A stretch of DNA of 15,792 nt, taken from Acaryochloridaceae cyanobacterium VAR_48_metabat_390 (GTDB lineage Bacteria; Cyanobacteriota; Cyanobacteriia; Thermosynechococcales; Thermosynechococcaceae). The notes below the pieces were generated by a model. The model had not been told where the DNA came from. It ran no database searches and saw nothing but the letters and a program-made list of their open reading frames with translations. The position numbers were made by a program, and so were the translations under genes. This document shows, in pieces, positions 1 to 7,489 of this stretch. How positions within the stretch are numbered: the first letter of the stretch is position 1; each line of letters begins with the position of its first letter. Location of the stretch: NCBI GenBank assembly GCA_031422435.1, contig JANPLU010000078.1:1-15792 (forward strand). Reading direction: 5' to 3'.

Positions 1-553
1 GTGGGGGGGATGTCTCGGTGCTCTTTTGTTGGTGTGGGGTGTTTTTGTTATGTTTTTGTTTTTTTTGGGCTTCCCACAAAATCCCCCACGATTGCAGAAG
101 CTGCTCGAGAGGCTTCAGTAACGGAATCAGCCGAATTGCAGGCAGCGTAGGGTTATTTTGGGCAGCATGGGCAGCCGTCGGCCACTGAAGCAACAGCGAC
201 TCTAAAATATTGAGCACTTCGGACTGGAAATGTTCGAGCAGGTGTGCTTTCTGATGCGCTAGCGCCTGTTCCAACCGCTGATAATCCTGGGCAGAATCTT
301 CTAAAGGTGCCAATTCTGGCAGCAGCGCGCAATCATTCCCAAACCGATGCAGCAGTTCTGTGAGAGAAAGCTTAAGAGTCACCGCCAATCGCAAAGCACT
401 TTGAACCGATAGACGGCTTACCTGACCCTGTCGCAGCCACTCAACCTGCCGTCGAGACACGCCGCTTTGTAGCGCCAAGGCTCGAAAGCTTTTAACCCCA
501 ACCGCATCCATGCAGTCCTTCAAGGATGTGGTATCTAAAAAATGAGCAGCCAT
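1..553 (-). CDS. XRE-family helix-turn-helix protein with coiled coil and GrpE-like C-terminal region (cyanobacterial family), 3' partial
   Basis: Manual translation from ATG at 553 is open to the window edge: MAAHFLDTTSLKDCMDAVGVKSFRALALQSGVSRRQVEWLRQGQVSRLSVQSALRLAVTLKLSLTELL (Cro/C1-type HTH) ... YQRLEQAL...FQSEVLNILESLLLQWPTAAHAAQNNPTLPAIRLIPLLKPLEQLLQSWG. The QWPTAA..A..NP and LL..WG motifs are recognised from cyanobacterial HTH-GrpE-like proteins. It is absent from the ORF track because there is no stop in the window. Confidence 0.8.
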   Translation of the reverse strand, partial: MAAHFLDTTSLKDCMDAVGVKSFRALALQSGVSRRQVEWLRQGQVSRLSVQSALRLAVTLKLSLTELLHRFGNDCALLPELAPLEDSAQDYQRLEQALAHQKAHLLEHFQSEVLNILESLLLQWPTAAHAAQNNPTLPAIRLIPLLKPLEQLLQSWGILWEAQKKQKHNKNTPHQQKSTETSPP

Positions 554-568
554 AGCTTTAGATGCGGT

Positions 569-584
569 TCAACAGAAATGTTGA
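569..584. promoter_or_regulatory. Perfect dyad TCAACA-N4-TGTTGA in the divergent promoter region; candidate operator
   Basis: 6-bp perfect inverted repeat with a GAAA spacer, 15 nt upstream of the HTH gene start. Confidence 0.3.
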
Positions 585-667
585 GAATTTTGCAGATGAG
601 TCTCGACTACGATAGCGTAGAGGGCAGATTCTATTCTTTGATCTGTCTTTTAAAGGAATTTGTGGTG

Positions 668-790
668 ATGGAGATGAAGCTGATTCTGGTTGGCTTAACC
701 GTGGTCTTTACAATATCCTGCCTATTTTTTGGCACTAAAAACGGGTTCTATGACAGCGATGACTACCACGGCAACGGGTCTGCCCATTAA
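668..790 (+). CDS. ndhP: NAD(P)H dehydrogenase-like (photosynthetic complex I, NDH-1L) small subunit NdhP
   Basis: 40 aa [40 protein letters not shown]: a single TM helix plus the characteristic [18 protein letters not shown] tail. AAGGA at 653-657 supports ATG 668 rather than the ORF-track start at 542. Confidence 0.93.
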   Translation: MEMKLILVGLTVVFTISCLFFGTKNGFYDSDDYHGNGSAH

Positions 791-1245
791 TGAATTCACC
801 CGATCAAGGCATGAATGTCAACCAAACACTTTCTCTAAAACCAAGCACAACGCCGCAGGCTATTTCTGAATCGGAGTCGCTTCAGCGTCGGGTAGCGTCT
901 TTAGAACTTCGTGCTATCGGGCGACACCTCCTTTTGTGCGCAGATCCCACCCATGCCTTGTGCTGCAATAGAGAAGTGGGGGTAGAGTCTTGGAACTATC
1001 TTAAAGGGCGGCTGAAGGAACTAAAGCTAGATCAGGTTACGCCAGAGCAGCCAACCTGTACATTTCGCACTAAAGTTAACTGTCTTAGAGTTTGTCAGCA
1101 GGGACCCATTTTGGTGGTGTACCCTGACGGCGTTTGGTATCACTCTGTAACGGTGTCCGTTCTGGAGCGTATTATTCAAGAGCATCTCATTCAAAACCGC
1201 GTGGTGGAAGAATATGCCTTTGTACAGGCTCCTCTGACGGCTTAG
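790..1245 (+). CDS. Thioredoxin-like fold [2Fe-2S] ferredoxin
   Basis: [15 protein letters not shown] and [23 protein letters not shown]...IIQEHL motifs are typical of Trx-like [2Fe-2S] ferredoxins. The start overlaps the ndhP stop (TAATG); an alternative ATG lies at 811. Confidence 0.88.
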   Translation: MNSPDQGMNVNQTLSLKPSTTPQAISESESLQRRVASLELRAIGRHLLLCADPTHALCCNREVGVESWNYLKGRLKELKLDQVTPEQPTCTFRTKVNCLRVCQQGPILVVYPDGVWYHSVTVSVLERIIQEHLIQNRVVEEYAFVQAPLTA

Positions 1246-1357
1246 ACCAAGTCGCCTCCCAGATTGCTGTAGCTTCCCTCAATATCTGACCATCGAACGC
1301 TCATTAAGCGAATCCGAGAACCTTAACAGAAGTTCCAAATGGTCGCTAATGATGACT

Positions 1358-1387
1358 AAAAAAGCTGCTGGTCAAAACTAAGCTTTT
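1358..1387. terminator. Possible weak bidirectional terminator between convergent genes
   Basis: AAAAGCT...AGCTTTT inverted repeat with flanking A and T runs, next to the AI-2E gene stop; the stem is imperfect. Confidence 0.25.
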
Positions 1388-1390
1388 CCC

Positions 1391-2467
1391 TCAGTCCATC
1401 GGGGTAGTTGCGGTGTTGAGGGGCGATAGCTCCGCACTAGGAGTCCGCATAATATCCGTCATGCGCTTAATCACGCTGGCAATAGGAACCGCAATCACCA
1501 AGCCCAAAACCCCTGCAACTTTGCCGCCAATAAATAGCGCAATAATCAGCCAAATGGGATTTAGCCCAATGGAGTTGCCAACCAGGCGTGGAGACACCAC
1601 ATTATCGTTCATCAGTCCAATCATAATGGCGGAAGCCAAGACCTTTAGACCTAAGGTGAAATCTTGGAGAGCAACCAGTACGCTAACCACCACCACCATT
1701 ACGGTACTAGCGTAAGGAATTAGCGTTGTTAAACCAATGCTGACCCCAAACAGAACTGCGTAGGGTACCCCTAAAGCCAAAAAGACTGCGGTTTGAGCAA
1801 TGCTTAAAATACCAGCCAATAGCGCCTGCGCCGCAAAGTAGTTTTGAAACGTCTGCTGAAGCGACGTTTGCAGCGGCTGGCTCCAGTCCAAGGATAGCCA
1901 GCTAAAAATGCCTTGCCAAGATCGTTCGCCGTTGAGCACCATAAAGATGGTAAGCACCAGCAGCAGAAAAATGTTGATGAGACTATTGATGGTGCCTAGG
2001 ATAAAGCTGAGAAGCTGACTGCTAGTCGCCTGAAGGATGCCCGATAGCTGTTCAATCTCACGGGCAGCGACATCCCCAAGATTGGAAGGGAGCTTTTGGG
2101 CGATCGCCCACTTCTGTATGGCCTCTAGCTGCTGAGTACCGGAATCAATCAGAGTGGGTAAGCTGGTGACAAGTCCGCTCAACTGCTCAACAATCAGCGG
2201 CACCAACGTTAAGCCCACAACTCCTAGGGCAAGCAGCGCCAACGTTAAGACAATGCTGATGGAAACAAACCGCTGAATCCCTCGCTGCTGAAGAAGCTGA
2301 ATGGGGAAATTGAGTAAAAATGCCAAAATAATTGCCGTAATCAGCAGGCTAGCAAGGGGCTGGAGGTAGCTTAACAGCAGCAAAAATAGCCAGCCATTTA
2401 AAAACGCCAGCGGAAAAATGATCCAGAGTCTGAGCCAGAAGGGAATCTCTTTCGGCAATTGGAGCAT
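1391..2467 (-). CDS. AI-2E (UPF0118/PerM) family transporter
   Basis: 358 aa polytopic membrane protein with LAFLLNFP, LIPY, NVVSPRLVGNSIGLNP and GVLGLVIAVP motifs. Confidence 0.9.
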   Translation of the reverse strand: MLQLPKEIPFWLRLWIIFPLAFLNGWLFLLLLSYLQPLASLLITAIILAFLLNFPIQLLQQRGIQRFVSISIVLTLALLALGVVGLTLVPLIVEQLSGLVTSLPTLIDSGTQQLEAIQKWAIAQKLPSNLGDVAAREIEQLSGILQATSSQLLSFILGTINSLINIFLLLVLTIFMVLNGERSWQGIFSWLSLDWSQPLQTSLQQTFQNYFAAQALLAGILSIAQTAVFLALGVPYAVLFGVSIGLTTLIPYASTVMVVVVSVLVALQDFTLGLKVLASAIMIGLMNDNVVSPRLVGNSIGLNPIWLIIALFIGGKVAGVLGLVIAVPIASVIKRMTDIMRTPSAELSPLNTATTPMD

Positions 2468-2490
2468 AGGTACCCTTTAGGACTTGAAGG

Positions 2491-3675
2491 CTAACATCTC
2501 AATAAAACGTCTTTTAGGCCATCTCGAACCTGCGCCTGCTCAGCGACGGTCAGCTCAGGAAACATCGGCAAAGACAAAACTTCCAGTGCCGCTCTATCCG
2601 CTACAGGCAACTGACCCAGTTCATAACCAAGATGAGCATAGACAGGCTGAAGATGCAGCGGTAACGGGTAGTACACCATCGACTGTATCCCTTGCTCTGC
2701 TAAGGCTGTCCGAACCTGATCGCGCCGAGGAGCTGGGGGTTCAGTTCCAATCTCCCGACTTCTGGTTAAGTAACGTAAATCACCTTCATGGTTGACCCGG
2801 ATGGTGTACTGATTCCACACGCTGTCTTGCTGGGCTTGAGGAATCGTAATACCTGGGACATTACCCAGAAGCTGAGCATACTGCTGGGCAACTTTTTTTC
2901 GCTGAAGGTTCCAATGATCGAGGTGACGAAGCTTAACGCTTAAAATCGCAGCCTGAATGGCGTCTAGACGGCTGTTCATACCAATGGCTTCGTGGATATA
3001 GCCGCTGCGCCGACCGTGGTCACGCACAATCCGCATTTTTTCGGCGAGTGCGGCACTGTGCGTCGTAATTGCGCCGCCGTCGCCGTAGCCCCCTAGGTTT
3101 TTGCTGGGGTAAAAGCTGAAGCAGCCAATCTCTCCAATGCTGCCGACTTTTTGCGTTGACCCAGCTGGGTGCTGCCAAACTGCACCTGTGGCCTGGGCAC
3201 AGTCTTCAATGACAGGGAGCGAGTGGGCTTGGGCGATCGCCATCACCCGCGTCATATCTGCGGTCTGCCCAAAAAGGTGAACGGGCATAATGGCTTTGGT
3301 GCGCGGGGTAATTGCTGCCTCGAGCTGCTCGGCGTCTAGGTTAAAGGTTTGGGGCACAATATCGACAAAAACGGGCGTAGCCCCCGCCATGCTGATCACT
3401 TCTGCCGTGGCGATAAACGTAAAGGAGCTGGTGATTACCTCATCTCCTGGGCCAATATCAAAGGCGCGTAGCGCCAAATAGAGGGCATCGGTACCGGAAT
3501 TACAGCTAATGCAAAATGGAGCCTGAGTATAGTCAGCGAATGCCTGCTCAAATTGGGCAACCACCGGCCCGCCAATATACTGACTGGACGCTAGTACTGA
3601 TAAAACCGCTGCATTGATATCGTCTTGAAGGGCATGATACTGTCGGGCAAGGTTAAGGGGGGGAATGATGTTCAC
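2491..3675 (-). CDS. DegT/DnrJ/EryC1/StrS family PLP-dependent sugar aminotransferase
   Basis: CNSGTDAL, IEDCAQA, SFYPSKNLG (PLP lysine), NSRLDAIQAA and LSLPMFPEL motifs; GTG start with AGGA about 9 nt upstream. Confidence 0.95.
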   Translation of the reverse strand: MNIIPPLNLARQYHALQDDINAAVLSVLASSQYIGGPVVAQFEQAFADYTQAPFCISCNSGTDALYLALRAFDIGPGDEVITSSFTFIATAEVISMAGATPVFVDIVPQTFNLDAEQLEAAITPRTKAIMPVHLFGQTADMTRVMAIAQAHSLPVIEDCAQATGAVWQHPAGSTQKVGSIGEIGCFSFYPSKNLGGYGDGGAITTHSAALAEKMRIVRDHGRRSGYIHEAIGMNSRLDAIQAAILSVKLRHLDHWNLQRKKVAQQYAQLLGNVPGITIPQAQQDSVWNQYTIRVNHEGDLRYLTRSREIGTEPPAPRRDQVRTALAEQGIQSMVYYPLPLHLQPVYAHLGYELGQLPVADRAALEVLSLPMFPELTVAEQAQVRDGLKDVLLRC

Positions 3676-3693
3676 TCAGTCGGTTCCTAACAA

Positions 3694-3733
3694 TTAAAAA
3701 GGGCGCAGCCCTGAACATTCAAGACCTACACCC
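3694..3733 (-). terminator. Intrinsic terminator-like hairpin upstream of the DegT gene (end of an sRNA, or attenuator)
   Basis: Minus strand reads GGGUGUAG-G-UCUUGAA-UG-UUCAGGG-CUGCGCCC-UUUUUAAUU: about 14-15 bp with several G-U pairs that form only on the minus strand, followed by U5. Confidence 0.65.
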
Positions 3734-3810
3734 AATGGGGAATTACAAGATTGCTTACGATTTGGATGCCACAGAATCTTTGAGCAATCGAATAATCATT
3801 TCAGACACAA
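3694..3810 (-). ncRNA. Candidate structured leader or small RNA (about 115 nt) upstream of the DegT gene
   Basis: Candidate -10 TACATT at 3821-3816, then a long stem (GATTGCT/AGCAATC, 3749-3789), then the terminator hairpin. No known family recognised. Confidence 0.35.
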
Positions 3811-3943
3811 GCCTTAATGTACCGTGATCGGCTCAAATGTTCTACCGTGAGCCACTAGTTTTTCGCAAACGTTAAGCCCAGATCAAAAGGTTCAGCGCTA
3901 AGCTTAAGATCTCAAAATGTGGCTTAAACAGAGCATTCTCCTC

Positions 3944-4729
3944 ATGACCAACCTGATTCAGCTACAGCCCACTGATTTTGTGGGTGCTGTCGGCATGATG
4001 GCGATCGCCGTAGCCCTTTCCGCATGGCAGCGGCTCAACCTAGAGCGCGATCTCATGGTCGCCACCGCCCGAACTACCATCCAGCTTGTAGTGGTGGGCT
4101 ATATCTTATGGTTCGTGTTTGATCTAGAACATCCCCTCGCCGTTTTAGGGGTGATTGCCGCAATGCTGGTGATTGCCACCCTCGAAACCCGTAACCGCAT
4201 TGGTAAAACAATGCCCAATGAGCTGTGGCTGCTGGGCGGCTCGATCTTGACCAGTCTTGTGATTACCCTCACCTATACCACCGTATTGGTCATTCGCCCT
4301 GCGCTCTGGTATGACCCCCAGTATCTCATTCCCCTGGCGGGTATTGTGTTGGGCAACGTCATGAATGGAGCGGCAATCGCCGGAGAGCGACTAATGCAGA
4401 TGGTGCAAACCCACCGCGCTGAAATCGAAACGCACCTGTGCCTAGGCGCAACCCCAGAAGAGGCGATCGCCAACTACCGAAAAGCCGCCATCCGCACCGG
4501 ACTCATCCCCACCCTTAACGCCATGATGGTGGTGGGCGTGGTGACACTCCCTGGCATTATTACCGGACAGCTTTTGAGCGGCGTTAATCCTCTCGATGCC
4601 GCCTCTTATCAAATGCTCATTATGTTTATGCTGGCCTTTTCAACTTTGGTGACAACAGTGCTAGTAGTACAAGGCTTAGCAAAGCAGTGTTTTAATGCAG
4701 CAGCCCAGCTTGTTGTGCCACAGTCATAA
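3944..4729 (+). CDS. fetB: FetB/UPF0014 (YbbM-like) ABC transporter permease
   Basis: ARTTIQLVVVGYIL, PQYLIPLAGIVLGN, ETHLCLGATP and GVVTLPGIITGQLLSG.NPLDAASYQ motifs. ATG 3944 is preferred by family length; the ORF track starts at 3917. Confidence 0.88.
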   Translation: MTNLIQLQPTDFVGAVGMMAIAVALSAWQRLNLERDLMVATARTTIQLVVVGYILWFVFDLEHPLAVLGVIAAMLVIATLETRNRIGKTMPNELWLLGGSILTSLVITLTYTTVLVIRPALWYDPQYLIPLAGIVLGNVMNGAAIAGERLMQMVQTHRAEIETHLCLGATPEEAIANYRKAAIRTGLIPTLNAMMVVGVVTLPGIITGQLLSGVNPLDAASYQMLIMFMLAFSTLVTTVLVVQGLAKQCFNAAAQLVVPQS

Positions 4730-4741
4730 CCCTAGACCCCC

Positions 4742-5542
4742 ATGCCGACAGAAGAACGACTCCAAAAAATACTGGCTCAGTGGGGTATTGCCTCCCGTCG
4801 TCGGGCAGAGCAGCTCATTGCAGAGGGACAAGTACGGGTGAATGGTAGCGTTGCAGTGTTGGGTCAAAAGGCAAATCCTGATGCAGATTGGATTGAAGTC
4901 AATGGGGAAAAAGTGGGGCGATCGCAGCTTCAGCCTGACCCCATCTATCTGCTGCTCCATAAGCCTTTAGGCGTCGTGAGTACCTGTTCGGATCCCCAAG
5001 GGCGACCCACTGTGTTAGGGTTGCTCCCGTCAAAATACCAAAACCTAGGACTACATCCCGTTGGGCGTCTGGATGTACAAACAACCGGAGCGCTATTGCT
5101 CACCAACGATGGTGATCTGACGTTTTATCTTACCCATCCAAGCCACCACGTCACCAAAACCTATGAAGTCTTGGTACAGGGAAATCCTAGCCCTAGCACT
5201 CTCAACCAATGGCGAACCGGAATTGTATTAGAGGGACGTCAAACTCGGCCTGCACAGGTACAGGTTCTACGCCCTTGGGCAGCGTCGCAAAATAACGTAT
5301 TACTTCAGGTTATTTTACAAGAGGGACGCAAACGCCAGATTCGGCTCGTTGCCAAAACGCTGGGCCATCGAGTTCTAAAGCTCCACCGCACTCACATTGG
5401 GTCTATTGCGCTGCAGCATATTGATGGATGTATATTAAGCCCAGGGCAATATCGATCTCTAACATCTTCTGAAATTTCGGCGTTGCGCTCTATTATCAAT
5501 ATCAAAGATCGCGCTGCACCCTTAAAGGAACCCACCCCATGA
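4742..5542 (+). CDS. rRNA pseudouridine synthase, RsuA/RluB family
   Basis: N-terminal S4 domain (ERLQKILAQWGIASRRRAEQLI), HKPLGVVSTCSDPQGR, catalytic GRLD motif and EGRKRQIR. Confidence 0.95.
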   Translation: MPTEERLQKILAQWGIASRRRAEQLIAEGQVRVNGSVAVLGQKANPDADWIEVNGEKVGRSQLQPDPIYLLLHKPLGVVSTCSDPQGRPTVLGLLPSKYQNLGLHPVGRLDVQTTGALLLTNDGDLTFYLTHPSHHVTKTYEVLVQGNPSPSTLNQWRTGIVLEGRQTRPAQVQVLRPWAASQNNVLLQVILQEGRKRQIRLVAKTLGHRVLKLHRTHIGSIALQHIDGCILSPGQYRSLTSSEISALRSIINIKDRAAPLKEPTP

Positions 5543-6294
5543 GTAGCCCTAGTCCTACCAGCTTCGACCAAGAGCAAATTCAAAAGCTCACTGAAATTGG
5601 GTCACATCTGCGAGGTCTTCGCGCTAAAAAAGGGCTATCCCTTGAAGAAATCGCAACCAAAACTATGGTTCAGCAGCGCTTTCTAGACGCCATTGAAAAA
5701 GGAGAGATCGAACAGCTCCCAGAACCTCTCTATATTCGCGGCTTTATCCGTCGCTTTGCAGAGGCTTTAGGCGTTGAGGGGACGCCGCTGTCTGAGTCTT
5801 TTCCCTTAGGCAGTACTTATGTCAGCTCCTCTAACGCTAAGTTTTCGAGCGGGAACGGCACGCCTTTACGGCCTTGGCATTTGTATGCACTGTACTTAGC
5901 TGCTGTGCTTGGTGCCGTTTCATTGCTATACGTTTTATTTAAGCCAGTGGAATCCCCTTCGAGATCCTTAAGCTCTGACCGCCCCTCACCAGCTGCTTCT
6001 CCCAAAACCTTCAGCAATAGCATTGCCAACAAGCCAACGGTTAAAGCCGCCCCTGTCCAGGCTCAGCTTAATCTCAAGGCCGATTCTTACCTCACCATTA
6101 AAGTGGACGGTCAGCCTAACTACGAGGGTATCCTTAAGGCGGGTGAAGCCAAAATAGTCAAGGCAAAGCAGTCCATTGAGATCTCTGCCGGCAACGCAGG
6201 TGGCGTAATGCTGGGCATCAATGGTCAGGCGACAAAACTGATGGGAAAATTGGGTGAGGTCAAAGACGTCATTTTGACCCCCACCAGCAAATAG
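5539..6294 (+). CDS. rodZ: Cell-shape protein RodZ (HTH + TM + DUF4115)
   Basis: IGSHLRGLRAKKGLSLEEIA...LDAIEKG...LPEPLYIRGFIRRFAEALG HTH, one TM helix, an S/P-rich linker and a C-terminal beta domain with AGNAGGV.L.INGQ. ATGA overlap with the upstream gene. Confidence 0.85.
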   Translation: MSSPSPTSFDQEQIQKLTEIGSHLRGLRAKKGLSLEEIATKTMVQQRFLDAIEKGEIEQLPEPLYIRGFIRRFAEALGVEGTPLSESFPLGSTYVSSSNAKFSSGNGTPLRPWHLYALYLAAVLGAVSLLYVLFKPVESPSRSLSSDRPSPAASPKTFSNSIANKPTVKAAPVQAQLNLKADSYLTIKVDGQPNYEGILKAGEAKIVKAKQSIEISAGNAGGVMLGINGQATKLMGKLGEVKDVILTPTSK

Positions 6295-6327
6295 CCAAGA
6301 TGAATTCGATGTTGCCGCCGCTTTCTT

Positions 6328-7227
6328 CTAACGTCTGGCTTGAGATGAAGTAGGCGTAGGGATGATTAACTGCCCCGAGGGAAGAACGCGATCACCTTCA
6401 GAAGCCACCGTAGTACCGTCATAATTGACAGCAACAAGGGCAGTATTCTGCTCGCCTAAGATCGCCGTGCGGAACAAGACCTGCTCTGGATTGCGATGAC
6501 TCCATCCCAGCAGAATAGCGGTGTCATAATCTTGTGGGACTGGCGCAACGATTTTGACGTGCTGGGTGTTTCGGTTCCAGACAAGGGCGTAGTCTGAAGA
6601 GACGTCTGACCCAAATACGGCCTCAAACTGTCGAGCCAAGAGCTGCTGACCATCTTTAGACCAGGTGGCAGGCATCAGAATGCTAAGGGTACCGACTGTG
6701 GAGGTTCCTGAACTTTCTTTCACCATCCCATCACCTAAATGCATGGAGGAGGCAATCCGCTGGATTTCACCGCCCTTGGCATCGGTAATGATCAGTTGGC
6801 TGGCAACTTGACTTTGCGTCACCTCTGGATGCAGATCAAGATAGAGTTCGGAGTGCGCGTTTCTCTGACCGTCAGGAGAAGCGATCGCGCCGCTGACATA
6901 CCGCAGAGTCATCCTCTTCCCCGTCTGAGTGGCCTGAGTCTGGTTCTGCCAGATCATGCTCCAAGGAACAGGGTAAGCACTGTTGAGCGGATCTTGAGCT
7001 TGCGTTGCAGGAGCCACCGACTGACGGGCGTTTCGCAACGGAGCAGTGCCTGAGGCAGGGGATGCCGATTGAACCAGCGAGAGAGGAGTCTCTAAAGGCT
7101 GCGATCGCGCTGGGAACTGCATTAAGCCTTGCAGTCCGTATGTTAAAAGAATTGAAGCCGCTAAAAATCCACACACAAACTGGGGAGAGCGTCCCCACTG
7201 AAGCAGCACGACGCGAGGCGAAATCAT
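6328..7227 (-). CDS. Hypothetical exported protein with TolB/PD40-like beta-propeller-type motifs
   Basis: 299 aa ORF with an N-terminal hydrophobic segment, a low-complexity linker, and the motifs IASPDGQ, TWSKDGQQLL and LGWS; two in-gene HIP1 sites. Confidence 0.75.
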   Translation of the reverse strand: MISPRVVLLQWGRSPQFVCGFLAASILLTYGLQGLMQFPARSQPLETPLSLVQSASPASGTAPLRNARQSVAPATQAQDPLNSAYPVPWSMIWQNQTQATQTGKRMTLRYVSGAIASPDGQRNAHSELYLDLHPEVTQSQVASQLIITDAKGGEIQRIASSMHLGDGMVKESSGTSTVGTLSILMPATWSKDGQQLLARQFEAVFGSDVSSDYALVWNRNTQHVKIVAPVPQDYDTAILLGWSHRNPEQVLFRTAILGEQNTALVAVNYDGTTVASEGDRVLPSGQLIIPTPTSSQARR

Positions 7228-7489
7228 GGTGAAGTCTCAAATGAAGTGTTGCGCCTAGAAAACCTGTTGAGAGGGTCATTGTGCGCCATACATCCGGTAT
7301 AGCAATCCTGAGAGGGAAACGCAATGGTTAGCAGTTCTGGTTCATGAGATTTAATTTAGCTGTCCAAACCTGTCACAAATCTACGTGTAAATCTGTGAGT
7401 AAACCATCTGCCAATCAGGGTGGATATCTCTCCTACAAAGGGAAGATTCTGGCGGTTTTCTGGGGCTAAGGGAATCTACGGCGCAGCCG

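Noticed and set aside
542..667. N-terminal extension making an 82-aa ORF
   Set aside because: It overlaps the start of the divergent HTH gene. NdhP is about 40 aa and the RBS supports ATG 668.
1340..1360. GCTAATGATGACT resembling the 3' part of a fluoride riboswitch
   Set aside because: The 5' GGCGATGG..TCGCC part is missing and there is no downstream gene on that strand.
3785..3803. Fur-box-like AATAATCATT upstream of fetB
   Set aside because: Only about 10 of 19 positions match GATAATGATAATCATTATC, and the flanks are not symmetric.
6872..7324. 150-aa minus-strand ORF overlapping the 6328-7227 gene in another frame
   Set aside because: Arg/Ser-rich with no recognisable motif; the 299-aa frame has a coherent export signal and domain motifs.
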